64,000 nt of DNA, from the NCBI GenBank assembly GCA_013239625.1, contig MU053881.1, positions 10,067,957-10,131,956 on the forward strand, written 5' to 3'. This DNA comes from Lama guanicoe (Eukaryota). A program made the translations under genes and the position numbers. Below are positions 1 to 11,232 of this stretch, piece after piece; the first letter of the stretch is position 1, and each line of letters opens with the position of its first letter. The notes under the pieces are model-generated. The model worked only from the letters and a program-made list of their open reading frames with translations. It was not told where the DNA came from and searched no databases.

Positions 1-579
1 AAGGAGATGTTAGGTACAAAACAAGTGAGGCACCATTGAAGGTATTCATTGCAAATGACAAAACAGTATGGAAGAAATTTAATATTTTCCCAGATAGCAT
101 GCAGGGCATAGATTTCCAATAACTTAATTGGAATGCTGTTAACAATAACGAAATGATGACTGCAAGCAATTTTGTAATTACAAAGTGCTAAACAATAAAA
201 GTTGGCTAATTACCATTAAAAAATACATGGATGATTACTAGAAGGGGAAGAATGAGATGACAGTGATGGGTTTAATATCTAAATTAGTAACCATCTTAGC
301 CAGTTTACTGCTGGCCGATTAAAGAGATAAATGAAATGTTAAAGACAATGTACTGATACCTTGTTACATCTTAGTCTGCAAAACAAAATTCCACATGGCA
401 GAATTGGAAGTGGGTAAAAGCCACCTGCTGTAGCATAAAGCTTGAAAGACAGTAAGAGGTGATGGCTCACGTTAAGTTTAATTTGTGATTTTAGGTCTTC
501 TAAAAATGTAATTTTAGCTCCTCATCTACTGAACAATAGAGTTAATGCTTTTTTTCCCCCCCATATCAAACATTCTTCT

Positions 580-865
580 TCATGAAGTCCTTCCTGACTA
601 CAACTCACAGTGTTCTTTCCCTGGGCTGGGGTAAGTACATCCTGTACCTTGCTTTTCTTTTTTATTTTTTTTGGTCCCTTATGGCCCTCATCACTACTTG
701 GCATGATGTTGAAAAATGTATGTGTAGGTTTCTGTTTCTGTGTTTCATGATCTTTATTCAGCTATACTTTGCATTAAAACAGAAGCTTCTAGAAGGCAGA
801 GATATGGTTTCTTTTCTCCCACTGTAGTGTCAGGACTGTCTCTTAACAGTGCCTCAATGATTTGG
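580..865 (+). mobile_element. L2 LINE 3' fragment, degenerate
   Basis: Resembles the L2 3' end: ccttcctgact...aagcttctagaaggcagagatatggtttc...aacagtgcctcaatga. Confidence 0.55.
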
Positions 866-1054
866 TGCCTTAGCAAGGAAATCAGGGCATTCCCTGTAAG
901 TCTCCTGAACAAGTACTAGTAGTACTTGTTTTAGGTTATCAAATGATCAGATCAGTCAGTGTCCTCTGGCAAGTCCAGAAATTCAGTCCTCTGAAGGGGG
1001 CCATACTGGGATTGATTCACATTAACTAAACTTACAAGATACAGATATATAAAC

Positions 1055-1192
1055 TGGCACATCCAAGGTTGAGATGGCTAGGTGGCATCTAAGTCAAAAT
1101 ATCACATAGGCACTTGGATTTATTCAATCTAGGAATCAGACTGAAAGGGAGACAGACAGCAGTCATCAGCCTACAGATGGTATTTAAAGCTA
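1055..1192 (-). mobile_element. L2 LINE fragment
   Basis: agtcatcagcctacagatggtatttaaagc is a typical antisense L2 motif. Confidence 0.65.
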
Positions 1193-1319
1193 CTATTGAA
1201 ATCTTATTTAATATTATATATGAACATATCTCCCCAACTAAATATTAAATTCAGCTGTGGCCACACATATCCTTTCTTTGGTAATTTTAGATATGCCGAG
1301 TTTGCCTGTACGTGAATCT

Positions 1320-1587
1320 CTGCATGCAAGCAGTGATCCTGGCCTCACCTCCTCCCTTCTTTGCCACCCCCGCCTGCTACGCAACCACACCTTCTCCATC
1401 TTATCCTTGATTCATCATAACACGTTTTCTTTTTTATTTACTTCCTTATTTGTTCATTGCCTCTCCCACACCTCCTCTATCCTAAAGGAATGTAAACCCA
1501 CAAGGCTGGGGGACTTCGAATCCCTGTTAAATTCTGGAACTGTCCGGCACAAAACAAAAATTACTGGAATGACTGACTGTATGAACA
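1320..1587 (+). mobile_element. L2 LINE 3' fragment
   Basis: ttatttgttcattgcctctccc...gaatgtaaacccacaaggctggggact...tggaatgactgactgtatgaa. Confidence 0.55.
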
Positions 1588-2784
1588 TTGCTTTTAACAT
1601 TAGTGTGTTTGGTAAGATCAAAAGAGTAGTAATATAGGCTTGTAAAGAGAATTTAATACACATAGGTAAAGCACCGGAAACACAGGTTCTCAATAAATGA
1701 CAAGCACAAGTATTTGCACCGAAAACTAAATGATTCACATGTCTTCCTCCAGATCACTTGGATGAAGAATCTAATTGAAGCGAAAATTTTAGGTACAGTG
1801 TTTTTCCAAAGCCTCATGTGAAATCTACCACAAAAGACTACAATAAACACTGTTATAAACATACAAAAAAAAAAACCAAACAAACCCAAAAGCCCTCCGT
1901 TTTGAGCTTTTCATTTTAAGTGGTGTTTTGTAAAATATATTCATCATTTTGAAATGTTGATTAATTGCCTCGACTCCTTAACTTCCTAATTTAGTGTTTT
2001 GAAAAATGGTTTCCATTTTTGGCATTTATTTTGCAATATTTTATCTTCAACTGAACTTTACTCAGGTTGCCGTCACAAGTTTTATACGATGGAGTTAGCA
2101 AGCAAAGTCAGTATCTGGCAACACTCCTATGCACTACTTATAAGTACACTCTCCAGCATCATTTCAGCAATCCATAACAAAAGATGGATGGTGCCAAACT
2201 CTGCTGTCTTATTAGACTCACGTAATGTGGTGGGCTTTAACAGACGAAATATACACATTAAAGTGCCTTAAACCAAAGCTAAAGCATCTCCAGTAAAGCC
2301 CACTGGCTTTACTCAGCATGTATCAAAGAATGATACAGAGGAAAATCTTAGGGCAACTTTAATACTCTCATTCACTCCCTGGGTGAGATTTAAAATTGAT
2401 GCCTTGTCAGGTTAAAAACCCTGTGATCTGATGACATACACGAAGATAATTTGATATCCCTAACAATGCTCTCTTGAGTTCTAAAACCAGAAAGCTAAAA
2501 TCATCCACTGCCCATTCCAGGGATTTGGCAGTAGCTTCTGGAATCTAAGCTTAAATTCTTAACGCCTAATCCCCAACCAGTTAATTGGTTATTAAGGTAC
2601 AGGTACCATGCGGACAATAAAAAAGCTTCTGGGCGTGGTTATTTTCCTTTCTTTGTCCAACTAAATCCTGGTGGATCCTGTGAAGCTTGGTAAGGACTCA
2701 CTAAAGGTAATGGTACTTGAGATAATTTATAAGATTCTGTCCTCAGAGTTACAAAGACAAAATTAAAATATTATATTCAAAGTC

Positions 2785-3249
2785 TGTGATGGTGAATTCT
2801 ATGTGTTAACTCTCCTGGGCTAAGATAAAGCATTATTTCTGGGTATGTCTGTGAGGGTCTGAGGAGAAGAGATTAGTACTTAGAGCAGGAGATTGAGCAG
2901 AGCTGGCCCTCAGCAGTGCTGGTGGGCACGAGCCACTAGTTGAGGACCTGAAAAGAACAAAAGGATGGAGAAAGGGAAAATGCGCTCTTTTTGCTGGGGC
3001 TGGGACATTTCTCTTCTCCTGACCTTAGACATCAGTGTTCTAGGTCTCGGGCATTCAGACTGGGACTGAATTAGTTTCCTGGTTCCCCGCCTTGCAGACG
3101 GTAGACGGCCTCTGTAACTGGGTGAGCCAGTTCCTCCAATAAACCTGTGTCTCCATCTCTGTTTCTGTTTCTCCCCCCACCTCTCTCTCTCCCTCTCTCC
3201 CTGACTCTCCCTTTCTCTCTCTCTCCTATTGGTTTGTTTCTCTAATACA
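2785..3249 (+). mobile_element. MLT2 (ERVL) solo LTR
   Basis: Starts tgtgatggtgaattctatgtgttaact and ends ctcctattggtttgtttctctaataca (TG...CA). Contains aataaa and a (CT)n tract as in MLT2. Confidence 0.9.
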
Positions 3250-3764
3250 GAGCACTATGCCACATTTTAAATCACCTTTGAAAACCTGCATGTGCACTTC
3301 GGGTACAAATCTGCTTTGATGGATATCTTGGTAGAATATCCAAAAACCTCTGACCATCAGAATGGCTGACACAAATTCAAAAACAATCTTCCCTCATTAA
3401 GGCAATTATCCAGGCGTTTTGTTTGTTTGTTTTAATGTTCACATGCCAGTGGGAATGTTTTGAATGAATCCATTAAGGAACCCCACCCCTTCCCTATCCT
3501 TAAAAGTCAGTATCTTAAGCCAGTTGTTCCAATACTTGAATGGGCACCAGTATCACTTCAGAGAGTTTTAAAATATATTGAGTCCCCAAACTCGTTTAAT
3601 CCCTTTGAATGAGAACTCAGAAGTTGAAGTACATAAGATATTTAGAACAAAGAAACAAGCAAAGAAAAACAACAGCGACAGCCCATGGAGAATACAAGTT
3701 AAAATCAGTGTATGATGCGTGTATACTCACCAGCGTGGCTGAAATGAAAGAGCTAGAGACATGA

Positions 3765-4420
3765 CAAGGACTGGCAAGGATGTCGTGTGCTGCGACAAGG
3801 AATCTGATACTATCACTCTGGAAAACTATTTGACTGTGTCTGCTGAAGCTCATGTTATACACATACCCTGTGACCCAGTAATTCCACTCCTGGGTACTTA
3901 ATTCAGCGGAAATGTGTGCATATGTTTACTAAAAGACAGGTACCAGGATGTTCACAGTGGCACTTTCTGTAATAGCCTTAAATGGAAATTTAGTAAAATA
4001 CCCATCCATATCCATCCACGGTCAAATCCATCATGGCATATTTAACCAAAAAGGCAGCATGCCTTAATGACAATGAAAGAGCTATTACACCACCAACAAT
4101 ATGGGTGAGTCAAACATAATGTGGAATGAAATAAGCCAACTACAAAAAAAATACATTGTTTGATTACATTTTTATCATGTTTTGAAAAAATGCACAATCT
4201 ACGGTGTTGGAAGTCAGGGTAGTGGTTACCCTGGGTTAGGAGGAGGGAGACAAAAGGAAGGGGGACACAGGGGCTTCCTGGATGCTGGAAATGCTCTGAT
4301 CCCATATTTGCCTACTGAGTGGAACGATAGGTTAGATTTGTGAAAATTCACTAAGCTGTACGGATATAATTTGTGTACTTCTCTTTATTTGTTAAATTAC
4401 AATAAGAAGCGTAAAAAAGG
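3765..4420 (+). mobile_element. Old L1 (L1ME/L1MD-like), end of ORF2 plus 3' UTR
   Basis: ataccctgtgacccagtaattccactcctgggta...gatgttcacagtggcactttctgtaatagcc...gaagtcagggtagtggttaccctggg, with an A-rich end. Confidence 0.85.
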
Positions 4421-5699
4421 GGAAAAAAAGAAAACCTTCCCTTGTAGTTTTGTTGATCAATAAACATACCTAACTATTAAATTTCTTCCAGGTTTACCCC
4501 AGCTGCTCTGGACCAGGCTTCCGCTGCAGAGTGCAAACGCTCTTTGCCACATATGAAAATCTCTATGAAGAATAGATTTTGTGAGGCAAAAGGTAAGGGA
4601 GCTGATACAATTCTTACTCTGAGATTTTGCTACGATTCTGTTTCAGAGTCTCAATTTGGGAATATTGTCATTACCCAATTTTCTCAAACTTTAGTGTAAA
4701 TAATAGGTTTGGAGTGAGTTCCAAGAATGGGCGTATTTACAAACATTGTAGATGATTATGATGTAATCTATACACAGGTTACACTTCCAGAAATACTGAC
4801 TCTAAGTGGGAAAGTGAATATTCAACATGGATGGCTCAGGCACTGCGGCCCAGAGACACAAGGCGGGCGGGCTTTGACAACGGAAGTCCTTCATCCGGCA
4901 ACCTTGAAATCCTTGTGCTGGAAGTGGCTGCCTCTGCACAGATCTGAGCATTTCTCTAGTTCTGACAACAATGTTTGCATAGCTATACTTCTTAAATCAT
5001 GCGGTAAGACTTGGTAAGGTTCTAACTGATTAGAAAAAAATTTTGTCCATTTTTTTTTAATAATGCAAAGATTTACATAAATCTCCTATGCACCAAACAC
5101 TGTGAGTGCAAAACCATACATCATGTGTAACACATGGTCCCTGTCCCCACAAATTTGCAAGGAAATCTCTTTCAGGCCTTTTTATCTGAGTTCTAACTAT
5201 TTACTTGCTGAAACTTAGTCTTGGGCCAAAAGGCAATCATGGGCTATCTTTTCACACAGTCAGATCATGGTTCAAGATGTGTTGTTGTTTTTTTCTTGCC
5301 AGTAGGAGTTATGCAGAGAATTAGAGGAAGCAAACTTTAGTTAAAGCTAAACTAGACAAGATTAGAATAATATATGTCATAAAGCCCCATGTGAACACAT
5401 GCACTTACGCATATGCTCTTATACTTAGTTATTCTCTCTCCTTCGATAGGTCTGTGCTGATAATGACTTCTCCTTTCTAGCACGTATAATTTCATAAACA
5501 GTAATTCCTAGTTCTTTACGATCTCCAGATACCAAAGAGGACAGCTGATAAGCACGGAAGTAAACAGTGCCCTGCTCAGCATCACAAAGGCAAAGGCGTT
5601 CTTGCTAGATTAGAAAGATTTTCTCCTTTCTTTCCTTTCTTCTTCTCTCTCCCCTCTCCCTACTTCCCTCTCTACCTTCCTTTCTACCTTCTTCATTTT

Positions 5700-6005
5700 T
5701 TAAATGTGTTAAGTCTCTTAATACAAAAATTACACACATTCACGGTAGAAATTTTAAAAAATAAGAAAAAGCACAAAGAAGATAAAAATCAATAATGCAA
5801 CCAACCATAGATAATATATTCATGTTTTCCTTTATCTCTTTTCATCTTTTTAAGATATACATGTGTGCACACACATATATATATACATACACATATTCTA
5901 TATAATTATAACTCTGTATTTTATAATAAAAGTGATTATGCTATATATATACTGCTTTGTGACCTGATTCTTTACATACGAATGTGTGATTGAATACTTT
6001 ATAAG
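5700..6005 (-). mobile_element. Old L1 (L1ME-like) 3' UTR fragment
   Basis: attacacacattcacggtagaaattttaaaaaataagaaaaagcacaaagaagataaaaatcaataatgcaaccaaccatagataa resembles the antisense L1ME 3' end. Confidence 0.55.
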
Positions 6006-6038
6006 CTCAATTTAAAATTAATAGTGCTCATACATCAG

Positions 6039-6585
6039 TGAAACCAAGTTCCCCTAAAACTGAGTTCACTTACCAGGTTTTTGATTAATCTCTCTATCCA
6101 AAATTTTATTCCTTTTCTTGTCCTCTCTGGCTTCAGTCCTGTGCTAACTGAATACTAACCAACCAGAGTCACATGACCAAAACTCCTGTTGTCAATAACA
6201 TGGTTACTGTACTAAAATTGCTATTACAGATATTATCATTCACATACAAACTCAGGTTGCTTCTCTAAGTCAAGATAAGCTAATAGACTGCCGAGCCATG
6301 ATGACCTGGCCAGAGGACTGAAAATCAGAGAAATCCCAACTCCTGAAACTACGATTAAGAAATGTCCCAGAACTGCAAGATGATGATTAATCTCAGCCTC
6401 TGTCCTTCCCCTTTAAAAAAATTCCCTAACTCGAAGACCTGGTTGGAGTTGATCTGAAGCTTGTCTTCCACCTCCTTGCTTGACACCCTACAATAAACAC
6501 TGTACTTTCCTTCACCACAACCTGGTGTCAGGAGACTGGCTTTGCTGCGCTTTGGGTGAGCAGATTTGAGTTCCATTCGGTGACA
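6039..6585 (+). mobile_element. ERV1-class solo LTR (MER41-like)
   Basis: TG start (tgaaaccaag), TATA-like cctttaaaaa, aataaa at about 6492, and 3' end tggtgtcaggagactggctttgctgcgc...ttcggtgaca. The flanks tcag/acag resemble a 4-bp TSD. Confidence 0.8.
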
Positions 6586-6669
6586 ACAGCTTAAATTGCC
6601 AGTTGTCTTTGCTCCAGGTTAGACCACTGGCCTATACTATGCCACAGCCACATATAAAAACTTTAAAGC

Positions 6670-6752
6670 AAGAGAGAGAGAGGGAAAGGGTGAGGAGGGA
6701 GAGAGAAAAGGAAGAAAGGAAGAAAAAGGAAGGAAGGAAGGAAGGAAGGGTG
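6670..6752. repeat. (GA)n/(GGAA)n purine-rich microsatellite
   Basis: Directly visible. Confidence 0.9.
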
Positions 6753-7960
6753 GGTTAGGTGAATAACATGTAAATGGCAAAGATTTCACAATTCAGTAAT
6801 TCTTAAAACAGTTCTTTTGACTAAATTCTAATTTTAAAGCATTTTCTTATATTGTCTTGCAATGCTCTGAAATCATACCTTTTCTACAACACAGTTTCTC
6901 TATCTCCAAAAACAACTAAATCAAAAGAGAGAAACTTTCTTACTCTGTCTCCTCAAGTACAACAAAAAACTCGATAATGGGTATTGAACAGTCAAGGAGA
7001 AAATTCCAAGAAGTCTGTAGATCTTACAATAAAATGCTTGATGGTAAAAGTTCAGAGTATTGAAAGTAACTTTGTCAACCTATCTGCGCTTTAACTTTAC
7101 ATTTTAAATAGAAGATGATTTGATAGTCCTTGTGTATTTAAAATTGGAAAAATGTTCATTGAGAATTAGTGTTCACAATTTCTTAATCTCCAGACAGAAT
7201 CGGCAAGTTTTTACAAGCACTCTTATTCATTCTTTAGTTTAAGAACATCTCTTCCCAGTGGTCACAATATTCTAGTTGAATACTTTTAATATTTAATATT
7301 TAAATATTTAAATTTTGCATACGTATGTACTTTAACTTTAAAAAAATCTACAGATCATTTCTAGCTTTGGGAGCAGACGAGAGGTTTCAAAAGCAAATTA
7401 ATTTTAGAGGCACCTACCAAATTCCCTTCCCAAAGAAAGAATATGAATGGAAAAATGAATGTGTACTAATCAGTATGCTAGGATCAGTGAAATTTCAACA
7501 GTGAAGGATTTAATCAAATTACATTCACATAACATTGGAATATGAAGAACTATTTTAATGACAATTTTGATGTTTATTGGATTAAGTAAAAAAAATTTAA
7601 GGATAAGGATGTCTATGGCATGGTTTTAACAAGGTGTATGAAATAGCTTTTGACATAAAAATACATATTTGCATGGACTGGACTACAGTAATACATGTAC
7701 ATGTGTGTGGACACACGCATGCATAAAAAGAATGTGAAATGTAGCAACTCATGTAATTATCATCAATTTACGGGGGGAGGATAACCCACACATGAAGTAG
7801 GAAGGTATTTCCAGGACACGGGTTATCCCTCTCTTTGCCCCACGAGGAAATTCCTTCTGAAATGCCTCAGCTGTGAAGCTCCTCCCACTATAAAGGAAGT
7901 CATTCTCATTCTCTCCAGTTCAGTGAGTCTAATTCCATTCACACTCAAATCGGTTTTCTT

Positions 7961-8032
7961 AAAGAACACCAAAAACAACACATTTTTAAAAATTCAAGCC
8001 TTTATTGTAAATATATGTTTAGCTAGCTTACA
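7961..8032 (-). terminator. Candidate Pol II cleavage/polyadenylation site
   Basis: Minus strand reads ...tttTGTAagctagctaaacatatatttacAATAAAggcttgaatttttaaaaaTGTGTTGTTTTTGGTGTTCTTT: UGUA, AAUAAA (8001-8006) and a GU/U-rich downstream element. Confidence 0.55.
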
Positions 8033-8094
8033 AAAGTGGAACGTAGTATGCAAAACTTTAAATCTGAACACTGATTATTGGAGCCAGTATGTAT

Positions 8095-8124
8095 GAGAGA
8101 GAGTGTGTGTGTGTGTGTGTGTGT
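8095..8124. repeat. (GA)n(GT)n microsatellite
   Basis: Directly visible. Confidence 0.95.
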
Positions 8125-8212
8125 ATTTATGTGTTTTGTAAAAGTTGGATGGTTGGTAGGATTTAAAAACAGAAACAGCTATAACAACTTTAAGAATTGG
8201 TTGTTTTTTAAT

Positions 8213-8218
8213 CGCGTG

Positions 8219-8254
<36 letters not shown>
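8213..8254. repeat. (CG)n(CA)n microsatellite
   Basis: cgcgtgcgcgcgcacaca...cacg. Confidence 0.95.
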
Positions 8255-8258
<4 letters not shown>

Positions 8259-10979
8259 ATACCATCATGAGCTTTCCCAAATGCAGGTTTTAGTTTTCAT
8301 CTATAAACATGCAATAGCTTATGTGATATCAAAGCACCTAGCAAATCTAACAGGGAAATAATCAGTCAAAAGAGGCCTATAATGTTAAACGATTCCCTTT
8401 TTCTTGTATTTTTGAATATAAGGTGGAAAAAAAATCGTTTCCTTAACTGAAAATAGAGGAAGATTTCATGCGATGAAATGATACCACCTGGAGCAAATAT
8501 TAAGAGGACTGAATGGGATTTCAGGGAAAAATCACTAGGGAAAAAGCCAAAAAGAGAAGGGAGAGGGAAACCCTACGGCAGAACGGAAAGCGAAGTAAGT
8601 TTGATGGCTTTAATTCAATGTAAAGGAAATAGTGGGGAGGTGGGGAAGAAAACTTCAATAGTGCAAGCAGAGGACTGTCTCAGAAGGTGACAGAACTTAA
8701 TCCTATCAACATCTCATTTGCATACCCATAGTAAAAAAATAACAATGGCATTTTTGTGACCAAAAATATATGCAAAGCAGTCATTGTGACAGTTCAGTAG
8801 CTATTTTTGAAATGGAAATTTCTTTACAATTCGAAACAGCTCCTTCTTCAAAACACCAAAAGGCATCAGCGGCTACTTTAGACTACAGCCTTTTTTCAAT
8901 GTGATATGCTGGATTTAACCGTGGTATTCCTTTTAGAGGCAAAATTTACCCCTGTCTGTAAAAAATTGGTATTTTTTTTTATGTGTAGCTGAGATTGCTA
9001 TAAGCATCTGAATTGAGTAATTAAAAAAAAAACTGCATCAGTGCAGTGAAGTGATATAGCTTTGTCAGTTGCTGCGTATGATAATAAAAAAGTAATTTTT
9101 TTTCCCCCAAGCTCTGGGGAAAAAAAAATTATGTCTCAAGTAGAAAAGCTAAGTAATTTTATCACCAGTACCACACACACAAAATTCTTTGTTTACTAGT
9201 CGTGACCTCCCCCTTCACTGATGTCTTGATGTCTGTATAAACCCACATTCTCACCACTGATTGTGTGCGTCTATTCAGCACTAACATTTTAATAAGAAAA
9301 AAAAGTTAAATATCAAAGTAATAGATGAGCATTTCTCCAAAAGCCAATTTCATTAAATACCATCGGTATTAATCTTTCTAAATCTTAATTACAGCCTTTT
9401 GACATATTACCCCCCATTTGACCTTTTCTGCTCAATTCCAGTAAAGAACTGTAGGACAGACAGGGATACCAGCCCCTGGAAACCTACAGGAATGTGTCAT
9501 TTTAATGCTGCTGGGCAAGTGGGAATGATGACCCAAATTATATTTTACTCAGGAGTCAACGAGACCACATTTTTCTGTGATCCACCGAGTTCAGTCTGTT
9601 TCAAGATTAAGACATCCAAAATGAGATGCCTGTAAGTTTAACCACATAAAGCTCTAAAAAGTGGGGACTTAACAAAAATCTATTGCTGAAGAACAAAACT
9701 TCCCGAACGAGATATGTCCCACGAAATTTAAAAAACAATTAGTAATGGCAGCCTGTAATCGAACAACTTGATGTTCTGCTGAGAACAGTGGGGACTGGCA
9801 GATCCAAGATTTAAAAAGTAATGATTCTGTTATTAAGCCACATTTGCACCGATCAATAACTCAAAAGCATCCTTATTTTGTTAGAGCCACTGAATAAGCA
9901 CAAGCAAAATCTTTGAGGAAAGGGGGCTGAAGAAATTTCTTAACCAGGACCACGTAAAGCCTCTTTATTTTCAGGAACCAGAAATTTAAGTGGCAATTTA
10001 TTTAGCACAATTATCTTTCCCCATGCTTTTTCTCCTTTTTATATTCCATACACTTTGATTCAGTTTATTTCTTTTTCTTTTTAAAATCTTTGCATATTTC
10101 CCCTTTTCTTTGTCCCCCTCCTCCGTTATATCATCTTTATGTTCTTGGATCTACTGGCCTCTCTCTTCCTTCATTATTTTTTCAGCAGTAAACCGATAAG
10201 AAAATGGGAAGAATGCAGCAAGTACAATAGTTCACAGTGTAAGTGATTTTGAAAATATCCTGAACGTTTCCTCCAAGATCTACCATTAAATTTTACATAT
10301 AAGGTGGACAGCCTAGAATCATAGATTACCACTATTCTGGAGTATATCAGTTGCACAATTTCCAAACACATCAGTAAACACATTTAAAACAATGATACAC
10401 AGAATCTATTCTATCTGGGACAAAGCCCACAATTCCAGATGTTTAAAGCTGAGTATAAAATTGGCATATTCAAAAGATGTTTATGATAGTGTCTTTTTTA
10501 AATAAAAGTGTGATTAATGACCTTCTTGCTTTCATATAAGAAAGAGTCAAAGATTTGCTAAGAAAGAGAGCAAAAACCTACAGCCAGTGGAATTTGGAAC
10601 TTACGAGGCTGCTTCTGCCCGCCTGCCCTAAGGACGCGAAAGGTAGTAATAAAGTGTTTTTTTGAAGAAACGTTTCCTTCACTTTGCAACATCAAATCAG
10701 TCTTTAATTCTGATCCACTGTAGCCTTAGAAACTGACAAGGGAACTAACATATAGAAGTGAATGAAGAGGGAGTTCATAGTCTGCTTTCTGTAATCTGAA
10801 AAATCACTCCTTCCCTCAAGGTAAAAATCGGGGTGGTGTCCCTAATGTATGATTTTTGGTTTTTTGGTTAGGCTTCTTAAAGCTGACTTCACCCACTCTC
10901 TTTTTTTTGAAAGAAGACATTCTGCAGGTAGCACAGAAAGTATCACACACTTTAACATAAAACATTATTACAAAATCTA

Positions 10980-11232
10980 TTAGCTATTATTTATTGAGGC
11001 TTATTTTGTGTTAAGACACACATTCACAAATACCTAATTTAATTTCACAGTAACTCTAAGGAGAGGAAGGGAGAATTTTACTATTAACTTTTCTACTTAT
11101 TCACACAGTGAGGCTCAGAGAGCACATTGCAGTCCCCCACATCACAGTTACTAAGGGACAGAGCCAGAATCTGAGCCCAGGTCTGCAGGGTTCCACAATG
11201 CACGTGGCTAAGCTAACCACTACATTGTACTG
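10980..11232 (-). mobile_element. MIR SINE
   Basis: tagctattatttattgagg...gaggctcagaga...agagccagaatctgagcccaggtctg...taaccactacattgtactg. Confidence 0.8.

Noticed and set aside
7284..7316. (aatattt)n palindromic AT tract
   Set aside because: A low-complexity slippage product.
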